Made by a program: the position numbers and the translations under genes. The notes below the pieces were generated by a model. That model saw nothing but the letters and a program-made list of their open reading frames with translations. It ran no database searches and had not been told where the DNA came from. Of a stretch of DNA of 64,000 nt, positions 42,640 to 54,540 are shown piece after piece. The stretch comes from Eledone cirrhosa (lineage: Eukaryota), in NCBI GenBank assembly GCA_964016885.1, contig OZ024740.1:239630001-239694000 (forward strand), in the 5' to 3' direction. Positions within the stretch are counted from its first letter, which is position 1, and every line of letters begins with the position of its first letter.

Positions 42640-45092
42640 TGGTAACATGACCCTACCAAAGCATAACAATATCGGTTTCAACACACGTTTTCAGATAAAG
42701 AATCTTGCTAAACAAATTCAGAAACGAAATATCGTAAGCCTTAGCCAGTCTAACAAGATACTGAAAACCACCATGTTCTGTTGTCTACGAAAAACAATAA
42801 CTACACTTCATAAAGAATGTGCCTCGTCCCGAGTTTACACCAACATCATCAACACCGATGTAAGAAGATTACAACTTACCAAAAAGCAAGCAGATAGGCT
42901 AAAACGAACACTAATTCTAAACATAAAAAAGATCTACAGAGAATTAAGCCATCAAGAAAAACAAGCGTAACCTAATACAAGAAATAACTAAGGTCACCAC
43001 ACCAAGAGAAAAATTAATATATATAAACCTTATATGTCACGAAGAAAAGTAAATCGTTCAGGAATTCGACAAACAATTTAACAAGAAATTAAGGTGGCTC
43101 AAACAGATGAAACTAAAGCAAGAAACTTCAGAAAATTGAGATAAATATCCAGACAAGATTGATGGTATAAGCATGGCCGACTTCTTATTAACGGATAAAT
43201 TCAACAACAACAACACAAATATATAAGGCAACACTACAGTCGACTCTGATGAATTATCGATATTACAACTTCCATCTAAATATGCAACATATAATAAGGT
43301 AAATATGATAAAATGCTTGTCAGAAATAGAAAAATCATTTACAAAATTACGTTGGAGCCTCAAAAACAAAAACAAAAACAAAAGTAACAACATACGCACA
43401 CACACACACATACAACACACAGACACAAACAACGATAACAACAACAACACACACATCAACAATATTAACATACTCAGAGACAACAACAACAGAGACACAG
43501 ACACAAACAACAATAACAACAACAACACACAACAATAATAACATACACGGAGACAACAACAACAACAGCACACATACATTCTATGCCTCTCACCACTACC
43601 ACAATCTTAACAAACACACAGACACAGAAAACATGTAATGACAGTAACACAGAAGTAAGGGAAGGTAATGGGATTGAAAGAATGGAGACTATCGATACTG
43701 ACAGAGAAAATAACTAGGACGAACACACAGACACACAAAATAGAGTAGATAATAACAATGAGCCAGAGGAAAGAGACAGGAGTAATAATGAGAGACATAG
43801 AAACAACCATGAGGCTGCTGTTGGTGGAAATAGAAATAGAAACAACACAACTAACAATAACAATAGCAATAGTACACATAAAGCAGCAGCATGGAATTCT
43901 ACTTTTTATAATCCTTCCGATATCTCCTTCGACATACGACGAGTCCACGCCACGACTTTAGCTTTTAACAAACGCACGCAATTGCCGTCGCAGGTCGATG
44001 AACAAACAGAAGCACAATTTAGTATATCTAGATCTAAACTTAGAAATTTAATAGAACAGTATAGCAAGAAGCAAAATAGAATGGAGGCCCAGCAACTGGG
44101 AGAAAAATCTGTAAATGGCTTGCTTAAGCTCATGCAGCGCTCGCGTAATGGAGAGATTGCATGCTTTCCAACAGACAAGTCTGGCTGAATGTCAGTTGAC
44201 AGTCTGTCAAACTACATCCAGGCAATGCACTAACACAAGAGAAGTAACACCACAAGAGCATGAGGATAGGGAGAAAACCCTCAATGCCCATATGATGATG
44301 TGGACAAACATAATGCAGCCCAATAAAAGGACTGCCGTCAACTTCCAGGACTGGCACAATGACGTGCCAGCGTTGTATGGGCTTCGAAAAGACCATAAGA
44401 CGAGCAGTGACCCTGTCACAGGACCACCAATACAGCCAGTCTGTGGAGCTAACATTGCTAGTAACTACAGACTTTCCTACTTCCTGTCCCTGATCATACG
44501 CCCCGTCATTGAAATGTCCCCAGATATATGTGACAGCATGGAGGACCTCCACAGCAGAATCAGCGAAAATAACCGATCTAGGAACATAACAGACTGTTTA
44601 ATAGGTAGTATGGATGTTGTGTCCCTATATCCATCCATTGACGTGGATTTTGCTGTGGAGAAATGCGTAGAAATGATCAGTGAGAGCAATGTTGAATTCC
44701 GTGGGATTGATACCAGTGAGCTGGGACTCCTACTTAAACTCACCTATAGTAATGATTATCTAGATACATATGACCTTAGCAACCTGTGCCCTACAAGACC
44801 AGCAAGAGACAGACCACCTACCATTACCTCAATGGACAAGAAAACCCACACAGGAAGATGGAACGGGTGGACCAGAGCCATAACCACCCCCGAAAACCAC
44901 GATGAACAAAAGAAAATGATTGCACATGCGGTGGGGGCCAATATAAAACTAACCCTTAAGGAACATATGTTCAAATTTAATGAAAAAACATATGCCCAAG
45001 AGGAGGGAGCAGCCATTGGTGTTAGCATTGCTGGGGACATAGCTAACCTATTCATGGTATGGTGGGACAATAAACTTAAATTTAAACTTATA
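42640..45092 (+). mobile_element. Divergent Penelope-like RT element, decayed and 3'-truncated
   Basis: PTDKSG, LYGLRKDHK, PIQPVCGA, SMDVVSLYPSI, YAQEEGAAIG...IANLFM; broken before the YxDD motif; AAC/CA-rich N-terminal insert. Confidence 0.85.
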
Positions 45093-45615
45093 TAAGAAAG
45101 TAAGTCCATAGAATGATTTGATAAAATATATACAGTATTTCTCCTCCCAGTCAGCATAATTAACCACACAAAAGATCAATTAAACGAGGCTATAAGTTTA
45201 AAATGTACCTATGAAGAAACAATAGTTAAATAAATGATAGCTATTTTATCCGCGATCAACAGCCACAGAAGATTTACCTAGTATTTCTAATAGCCCGTGG
45301 AAATTGATTAGACATATAGCCAACCATACACAATTAGGTACAAAATGAAAGTTAGAAGAAAAAAATGTACATAAACATACCAAAATTATGTTTCAAAATT
45401 AATTTCTACGGGCTATTAGAAATACAGGGTAAATCTTCTGTGGCTGTGGATCGCGGATAAAATAGCTATCATTTATTTATCTATTGTTTCTTCAGAGGTA
45501 CATTTTAAACTTATAGCCTCGTTTAGTTGATTTTTTGTGTGGTTAATTATGCTGATTGGGAGGAGAAATACTGTATATATTTTATCAAATGATTCTATGG
45601 ACTTACTTTCTTATA
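45090..45615. repeat. Inverted repeat (~205-bp arms)
   Basis: 45090-45298 is the reverse complement of ~45406-45615. Confidence 0.85.
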
Positions 45616-46240
45616 TATTGCTCTGATTGTTCATTATTTAATTAATTAATTCGTCATTGAGCCACACCGTCAATGGTTGCCAAAAACATACACATATATA
45701 CTCTCTCTGTTAGCCTCTTCCTCACCCTTCACTCACTCACTCTCTGTTACTACCTCTCCTCCACCTCCTTCTTTCCGTTTGACCTGTGCGTAATTCTTTT
45801 ATTTCGCACGATTGGTCAGGCTGGTTCCCTTTTTTCTCTCTCTCGTCTACGATTTCACAGAACTTATGTTCACCGAATTCACAGACTAGATTCCTTCTTC
45901 CTCCCGTTAGACCTGTACGGAATTCCTTCCTTGCTCACATTCCAACCAGGTTTGATGGTCTTTATTCTCTCTCGTTCACGATTTCACCGAACTTATATTC
46001 ATGGAAATTTGGGACTTGACTCGTTCTTCCTCACTTTTCGTTACTTCACCACCTTTGTTTGTTTACACTCTCGCTGTTCCCTTTATTTACGTGTCCCAAC
46101 GACTTCTTTTAGTCGTTGCTCGCACCAACCGGAGGTATATGGTCTTTAAAGCGAAGAAATACCTGTGATGGTTGGAAGATCACTGATGAAGGACCACTTT
46201 ATTCATATGTAACCCATTTGCAACCACGCAGCACGTTTAT

Positions 46241-46294
<54 letters not shown>

Positions 46295-46458
46295 ATATAT
46301 ATGTATATATAGTGAAAAAATTAAAGCATTAGGAGATTATTTAGAAATCACGTGTAATAAAGGGTTTGAAAAGTGCAATGACTAACCTTTTGGTTATCTA
46401 GAAGGTTACTGTATTAATGTGCTAAGTAATTTGATGATTATTTATATATTTCTGCTTA

Positions 46459-46508
46459 CTTTTACCGGTTTCAGCTGTGTTCAGCTGTGTTTGCAGCCTT
46501 TCAAAAAG
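46459..46508 (-). ncRNA. Degenerate U3-type hammerhead-like motif
   Basis: CTTT-TTGAAA-GGCTG...CAGCT-GAAA-CCGG-TA-AAAG; core one base short; 10-bp duplication in loop II. Confidence 0.4.
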
Positions 46509-46748
46509 ACTTTCGTTATAGTCTTTCGAAAAATGTTTTTCGTATTTGTTTATCTCACATGGCTGGTCGTTTGTGCTTTGTTGAACACAAGGGACGCAAC
46601 TGGTTTTATCTTTGTCGCTTATAACGACGAGAATATGGCTTACAAGGGCTTTTAAGTGTGTAAAATATGAGATTTCGTTGGAATTTACTTATGAAAAATC
46701 TTTCCTTATTAGTACGTTTTTCCTGAGGGAAATTTCCACAACACTGGA

Positions 46749-46801
<53 letters not shown>

Positions 46802-47788
46802 TGTGTGCGCGCGTGTGTATATATATATGGGGGGAGGGGTATGTGTGTGCGTGTGCGCGTGTGTATTATTCCAAGGAAAATTGTTGGTTGATCAAGCAAT
46901 CGACTGGCTGTAGTGTAATTCGACGTGGGTACCTTAAGGTATTACCTGTATGGTATCAGACGGAGTGTCAATATTATAAAACAGAAGAGAGAAGGTATCA
47001 CATATATATTTTCAGCTTATTACATCATCATGTTATGCACATTTTAAAGATATTAAAGTTGTTGTGTGACAATTATTTGTTGTCATCAGACAGGTATTTA
47101 GGTTTAATATTTACTTTTCGCTTTTTATATGCTTGGTATAGTATGGAAGACGATATTGGCACTGCGTCTATAAGCGATTCATGTCACAATCATTTACAGC
47201 GAGGTCCAACCCTTTTGACCGAAAATTAGGTAAACAGAAAATGTGTGGAAGCCTGCTCCATGGACTGTACCAGTAAGTCAAATGTGCCGCTGTTATACAG
47301 AGTCAGGCTGAATTCCCTTCGTATAAGGTACTGTGGAGACTCGGCCATTTTGCAAGTTAATTCATTGTCATACATCACATAATGTATCGGTATATAATAA
47401 TGTATATTGTTGGCGGGGAATTGGCAGGATGCAGAGCAAAATGCCTTGCTGTACTTATTCTGATTCTTTGTGTTCTGCGTTAAGAAGCTGCTGAATTCAA
47501 ATTGTCTTTCATCCTTCCAAGTTTGATAAAATTGTTAGAAGATTGGACGAAATACTTCGCGGTATTTGTCCTAGTTCTTCTCTTTCTGATTGCCCAGGCA
47601 CATTTCGCGAACTTAACACTATCTAGCTGAAAATATGGTATCTTTTAAAACATAACCGAAGGAAGGCAACGGAAAACCCCAAAAAGCACATAGTGCTTGT
47701 GAAAGAAATTGTGAAAAAAATTACCAAGGGTCATTTGTTGATGGCGCAAGGAATATCCGAAATCATCATTATTTATTTGATTATAAAT

Positions 47789-47962
47789 GGATTGGCAGTA
47801 TCGGTAGAGGGTCGGACGCCAGCATAGTTACGTCCCTTTATGATCTGAGTTCAAATCCCGCCGAGGTTGACTTTGCCTTTCATCATTACGGGGTCGATAA
47901 AATAAAGTACCAGTAATGCACTGGGTAATTGCTGGCCTTGTGCCTAGAGTAGAAACAATTAT
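47789..47962 (+). mobile_element. tRNA SINE
   Basis: TSD ATTATTTATTTGATTAT on both sides. Confidence 0.9.
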
Positions 47963-48783
47963 TTATTTGATTATTTATATAGCTAAAAGTTCCATAGTAT
48001 AAAGCAGCTATTATAACTAGACAGAGGCTGTTTAAGATTGTTACTGTAGCCCAGTATTATTGCAAAACTTAATAAATGCAATTGACATTGAATGTTGTTA
48101 GTACTGTAGCAAAGCCGTGAAAGAAGGAAATAAATCAAGAAAGAAATAGTTGTTTTCATAAATGCTGCTTCTCTTCCATGCTAAAATATGTTTATTTAAT
48201 AGTGTACACAAAATACCAGTTTTTTCTGCTATTAATTTTCGTCTAAGTAAGAAGGAATAACTGTTTTGATAGTGATTATAGAAAGTTATACAAGAGTATA
48301 CAAACAAAATTATACAAAGCTATACAATGCGGCATGTTCTTTTCATACATAATACAAACATTGTCAGAATAAAAAGAGGACGTGTGTTTCGAAGTAGAAC
48401 ACACTATTGTTTTAAATATTACAAATATATAAAAATGGTATAGAATGTCATAAATACCTGGTGCTGTATATTAAACAAGCTGATAAAAGTTTAACATAAA
48501 AACAAGTTAAATAAAGACAACTAACATAAGGCTAAACTTATTCATTCCACTTGAAATATAATACTTGCTTGAATTTAAACAACGGACAGTTCTTCTACAC
48601 GTCGTTGACAACTACATCCGTTTCTTAGATAGTAAAAATAATTACTTAGTTGAACTGAAAAGAAACATGTTGACCATACGCTATCAAATATTAATAGTCT
48701 TTCTCGGTATTCATTGAAGAGTGTAAGTGCGGTTCAGTCTTGACTAGATGCTGGAGTGTCTGTTTGTTTTTTCTACTTAATAA

Positions 48784-49154
48784 ATAATTGTTTCTACTTT
48801 AGGCACAAGGCCAGTAATTACCCAGTACATTACTGGTACTTTATTATATCGACCCCGTAAGGATGAAAGACAAAGTTAACCTCGGTGGGATTTGAACTCA
48901 GACTGTAAAGGGACGTAACTATGCTGGAAAGCATGGCGTCCGACCCTCTACCGATACTGCCAATCTACCGCCATTAATAAATAATTGTTTCTACGTTAGG
49001 CACAAGGTCAGTGCATTACTGGTACTTTATTTTATCGACCCCGTAAGGATGAAAGGCAAAGTTAACCTTGGCCGGATTTGAACTCAGAATGGCAAGGACC
49101 GTAACTCTATACGTCAAAGCATGGCGTCCAACCCTCTACCAATACTGCCAATCC
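48784..49154 (-). mobile_element. Two tandem tRNA SINEs of different subfamilies
   Basis: TTAATAA(A/G)TAAT at 48777, 48974, 49156. Confidence 0.9.
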
Positions 49155-49989
49155 ATTAATAAGTAATGTCAAAAGGAAAGTGTAAAGAAATATAATTACG
49201 TTAAACAGCAGATTCTTGAATATATGTATGTTGATGTACTACAATGTGTCCCAATTTGTATTTCTGTACAAATGCCTGTGTGAGAGAGAGAAGTGTGTAT
49301 GTATGTGTGCGTGTGTGTTTGAGAGAGAGAGAGAGAGAGATAACGTTGTGTGCATTCTGTATATTAAATTAAACACCTATGTATGCTCGTTTTAGTTGCT
49401 TAATAGTCACTTTCCTATGTTCTCATCATATGAAGTTTTCATTATAAATAGAATATTAATTAAGAACAATGTATTAGTATTCTGAACATTTAGCATTGAG
49501 AACCGCAGTGTATTAGCTAAAAATACATTGCTGATCTGTTTATGTAGGCCAAAGCGATTCTAAGTTTATTGATTGGGTCAGAGAAGGCAGCGAAACGTTT
49601 CCAACTTCAAATACACTGTAATCAGCGTTATAAATGGGGAAGGGATACACAGGAGGAGAGCAATTTGCAGTTACCATAAGTGTTGGTGGTTTATAACGTC
49701 TAGCACCCCCTTCTCTACCTCACTCCATAGAACTTAGAGTACCTTTAGTTCCTAAAACCAATTCGAACTCTGACTATAATTATTAATATATGTTGAAGTA
49801 ATACAGTTGTAAGATAATCCTCGCTTTAGTTCAAATACCTTCTGTAATAATCTCCACTAAGTTCACATATCTTAGAATACTATTTTCAAAAGACGAGGAA
49901 ATTATACTAAGTATCAGAACGTTAAACGAAGCATAGTGAAGTAAACCATGCATCTTGCTATTTATAGCAGTGGAGCAGAGTTTATTATT

Positions 49990-50126
49990 TTATGATTTGG
50001 TGAGGCAGTCGGGCGCGTTGTGCCAAATGACCTTTGCAGGCTCTTTCGGAATGGTGAAATCGATTCCGTTTATATTCAGCCTGACCATCTTTAGGTTGAC
50101 GCCGTATCGGAGATCTGAACTCTCTT
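49990..50126 (-). CDS. Possible host terminal exon, unknown product
   Basis: Pyrimidine tract + AG, open frame ESSDLRYGVNLKMVRLNINGIDFTIPKEPAKVIWHNAPDCLTKS*, AATAAA just after the stop; no other exon found. Confidence 0.3.
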
Positions 50127-50247
50127 GATAGAAAGGAAATAGAATGCCAAGAATTATTTCAAGCGAGCTCACATTAAGGTCATTAAAGACGTTACATCGG
50201 CAGAACAATGTGCTTACACACACACACACACACATACACATACACAG

Positions 50248-50319
<72 letters not shown>

Positions 50320-50388
50320 TCACATATATATATACATATATATATATATACCACATACACTTACACGTACACACACAGAACCCCCCCC

Positions 50389-50454
<66 letters not shown>

Positions 50455-50544
50455 TATATATATGTTTATATATATATATATATATAAACATATATATATA
50501 TGTGTGTGTATATATATATATGTTTATATATCTTTGCCTTGCTT

Positions 50545-50915
50545 TGGCCCCATTCGGTCACGAATTACCATGGTTTTACACCTAGAAAGTTTCCCTCCGA
50601 GGTACAAGCTTTGTTCGTGGAAGACCAGTAGTCGCCCATGCATACCAGCCTCCCCTCTCCACGCCACCGATGTTGTCGAAGGGATATATATTATTGATAT
50701 ATATTATCAATGATATAATTGATATATATTATCAATGGCCGATACAGCTTGGCACCAGTGACGTCGCAACTCATTTCTACAGCTGAGTAAACTAGAGCAA
50801 CATGAAATAAAGTGTCTTGCTCAAGGACACAACGCATCCTCCGGTTCGTGAATCGAACTCACAACCTCTCAATTGCAAGCCCAATGCTCTAACCACTAAG
50901 CCATGCGCCTTCACA
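50545..50915 (-). mobile_element. CORE-type tRNA SINE
   Basis: Minus: GGCGCATGGCTTAGTGGTTAGAG (A box), GAGTTCGATTC (B box), TCCTTGAGCAAGACACTT...CTCAG..TGTAGAAATG core. Confidence 0.8.
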
Positions 50916-50963
50916 CATGTTTATATATATATATATATCTATATACACACATACACACACACG

Positions 50964-51046
<83 letters not shown>

Positions 51047-51329
51047 GAGTGTATGTATGCATGTATGTATTTATGTATGAATATATGTATGTATGTACGT
51101 ACGTATAGAGAATCTCCCAGAGAACAAATACTTCTTTTACTTCAATAATGAAACATTGCTGATTAAAGAAAGAATCAGTATCGATTGATTGATAATATAG
51201 TTAAGGCCAAAGAAACGAGTCGTATAAGCTGTAATACAGAAACACAAAAATTGGCAAGAGTTTTGTTGTAAAATGAATGCACAATGCAGTAGACCAAACT
51301 AATCACATTCGGCTCATCTTATATTTACG

Positions 51330-51480
51330 TAAACTATAGAAGAAATTCTGGAAGCCTGGTGATTCGCGTGTCGAACACGACCGAAAGCTTTCTTAATGTC
51401 GATGACAACGGCACTGCTTTTACCAAAATTCACGAGAGAGAAGACTCATTGGGTTATAGCGAAAGTAGGTCGTATGAATA
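51330..51480 (-). pseudogene. Decayed LINE RT fragment
   Basis: FGKSSAVVIDIKKAFGRVRH resembles the LDISKAFDRVWH motif. Confidence 0.55.
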
Positions 51481-52130
51481 TGGTAACTATTTAAGAATAC
51501 CATATTAGTACTGGGAATCAAACAGTGAAACAGGTGTGATAGCATAAATGTAAAACATTCATAGACTTTTATTATAATTCCAGACCTGTCAACTGTCCCC
51601 GTCCAACTGGAATATCTTCCACCCACTTTATGTAAAGTTTCCACATTTTGCCTCATTTCTCCCCGTTTTCGGGCACTTTATTTCATGGTACTCTCCGTTT
51701 GGATTTTTAGTGGTTGGTAGGTCTGTAACTCGGCAAAGGCTGTCTCAACTTTAAAATATAGTCATAATTCTTATTTTCATATTTAAGTACTCTGTTTATG
51801 CACTTGTTACAATTACTACACATTTACAGCGTAAATCAGGTCCATGTTATAATTTCTAGAAAATATGACTTCTAAGACCAAACTAAATAACCATAAAGAT
51901 GTCATTTTGTCGATATCTTCCCCATAAAAAGATTCGTATGTGTCTGATAAAAAAATAATCAATAATTAATATTTTGGGGAAATAAAGAACGAAAAAAATC
52001 TTGTCTGTGTTTACGCGCGTGTGTATATGTATAAGCGTGCGTTTGTCTTTGCGTGTGTGTGATTCCCGTAAGTGGTTCTGTTTTTTTCCATCATATTTCA
52101 TCTGTATTTCATGTCTTATTTCAGTATAAA

Positions 52131-52505
52131 AGGGCGCTGGATATTCAGAGTCGGTAGAGCGTCAGACAGCAATACATAACAGTACTTGTTCCGGCTCATA
52201 GGACGCCATGCTTTGACGCATAGAGTTACGGCCCTTGCCATTCTGAGTTCAAATCCCGCCGAGGTTAAATTTGCCTTTCATCCTTACGGGGTCGATAAAA
52301 TAAAGTACCAGTAATACACTGGGTATTTGCTGGCCTTGTGCCTAACGTAGAAACAATTATGTCCTGAGTTTACATCTTGCCGAGGTCAACTTGCCTTTCA
52401 TCCTTCCGTGTTGATAAGATACAGTACCAGTCCAGTACTGGAGTCGGTATAATCGATGTTTCCATCCCCCAAATTGGTGGTCTTCTGCCAACATTAGAAA
52501 ACATT
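52131..52505 (+). mobile_element. Older SINE interrupted by a younger SINE (52200-52360)
   Basis: Older A box upstream and B box downstream of an intact younger copy. Confidence 0.75.
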
Positions 52506-52544
52506 GTTTCAATACAACTTTAGCAGAACAATCTTAACCATATT

Positions 52545-52624
<80 letters not shown>

Positions 52625-53466
52625 TATATACATACACATATATAAATATATGCATACATATATACATACATGCATACATACATTGTTATTAATTTAAAAT
52701 TATCCTACAACGACGACTTTGAGGTTTTTACTTCAAAGAGAATGATAAACAGTTTCATTAATAGTTTCTGGAAAACAAGATTAAGATAATCCATCGACAT
52801 CGAATATAATTAAAAAGATGCTCGTTATAAATACAAAACAAAAAAAATTATGTTAGATATAAAGAGAATGTATAATGATTCGAACCAACGTGGGAGCTTC
52901 TGATATCATTTGTCGACCTGCTAGATATAGGATATAGATGCCATTTCTTTCAGAAATCATAACATATACACATCCTCTTTCTGTTTTCAACAGCTACTAC
53001 AACGGCTGCTGTTCCTTGTGCCACCTTCACTGAGGCACTCGCGCCACACTCTCTTCTCATCATTAAGATTGTGTTCAGACTGCCACCCTCTCATGCAACA
53101 ATTTAAACAGAGCCCCAACGGTCATGGTCAAGGACAGAGATCTTTCTTCCAAATCTAGCAAGAAGAAAGAGATTTAGTGTTTCTGATAACCATTGAAACG
53201 TCAGGATGGTTACAACTTGAATGCTTTCCGCTATTGGTCAGGTTGATCAGCTTTAACCTGGAATTAAACGAAGATAATATACAAGGCAACCATTGTGTTA
53301 AAACTGGTGCTACCAACAAATGCATCTATTACTGATTCACAACGTTCTCAGAAATAAATCACCATTTAGATTCACTCCCGCAAAGTATTAGTTTTCACTG
53401 TCAAATTTGCCTCATATAAATAATATTCATCATACTTTGCAATTTATATCTCGGTCTACCTAATTA

Positions 53467-53586
<120 letters not shown>

Positions 53587-53597
53587 TTATATATATA

Positions 53598-54296
53598 TAT
53601 AAAATTGAGATGAGCGGAGCAAGCAAGATTCAAACAATTTTTTAAAATAAATTAAAAAGTATAATTTTTTAAAATGAATTAAAAAGTATAATTTAAATAT
53701 TTACCTATTCCATTTAGGGACTTCCAATGGAAAAGTTTAGATCATCAGAGAGCATTTTCATTTCCTAGGACAAAAAGTCCCAGGAACGGCAAAATATATT
53801 GCCATCTGCCAGCTAGCACAGGATCGAATGGGGCCGAAAATTTGACCTATGCATGAACCAGCCCTTAGTAGAAGCGGAGGTAAACATAGACGCATTTTCT
53901 ATCTCGCCACTAAAAATAGCAGCTAAATAAAACAACAGATTTGTTCTCTACATAACGGAGAATATTAAAAGAAGTTAATATCCCCACAGGTACTAAGTAC
54001 CCCTGGAAATATATAGGGTGTCTATGATACAGTGGTTGTTCTATGGTATTAATTTGACATACCAGAACTATAAAATTGAGATAAGCGGAGCAATCAAGAC
54101 TCAAACGATTTTTTAAAATAAATTAAAAAATATAATTTAAATATTTACCTATTCCATTTGGTGTTACCGACGGTTTCACTTCACAAAATATTGGAGACCC
54201 CTAGGGACTTCCAATGGAAAAGTTTAGATCATCAGAGAGCATTTTCTTTTCCTAGGACAAAAAGTCCCACGAACGGCAAAATATATTGCCATCTGG
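53598..54296 (-). mobile_element. Partial tandem PLE-type terminal repeat with degenerate HHR (~54159-54242)
   Basis: Direct repeat 53598-53808 / 54069-54295; minus CTGATGA...GAAA-CCGTCGG-TA; stem I mismatched. Confidence 0.55.
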
Positions 54297-54540
54297 AGAA
54301 TCGCATTTTCGGCGGGCAGGAAAAGCGAAGCGAAACGCAAAAAATCAAAAATGATACTGGCAAAGTGCTCAATAGTTAAAAACCAGAGCTAAACAATGTG
54401 TTAAGAAGCCATACAAAACTGAAAAGTGGTCAAGAAGGCTAAACAGGTCAAAACAAAATAAATGATAAAAAATAAATGACAACCAGACCGGATATGTCCT
54501 CAGGACTTTACCTGCTTATATATATATATATATATATATA

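Noticed and set aside
49990-50090. MVRLNING as the start of a Kv channel T1/BTB domain
   Set aside because: Frame stops after ~32 aa and lacks downstream T1 motifs
51293-51508. Stop-free plus-strand frame of ~70 codons
   Set aside because: The minus strand matches a LINE RT motif, which explains the segment
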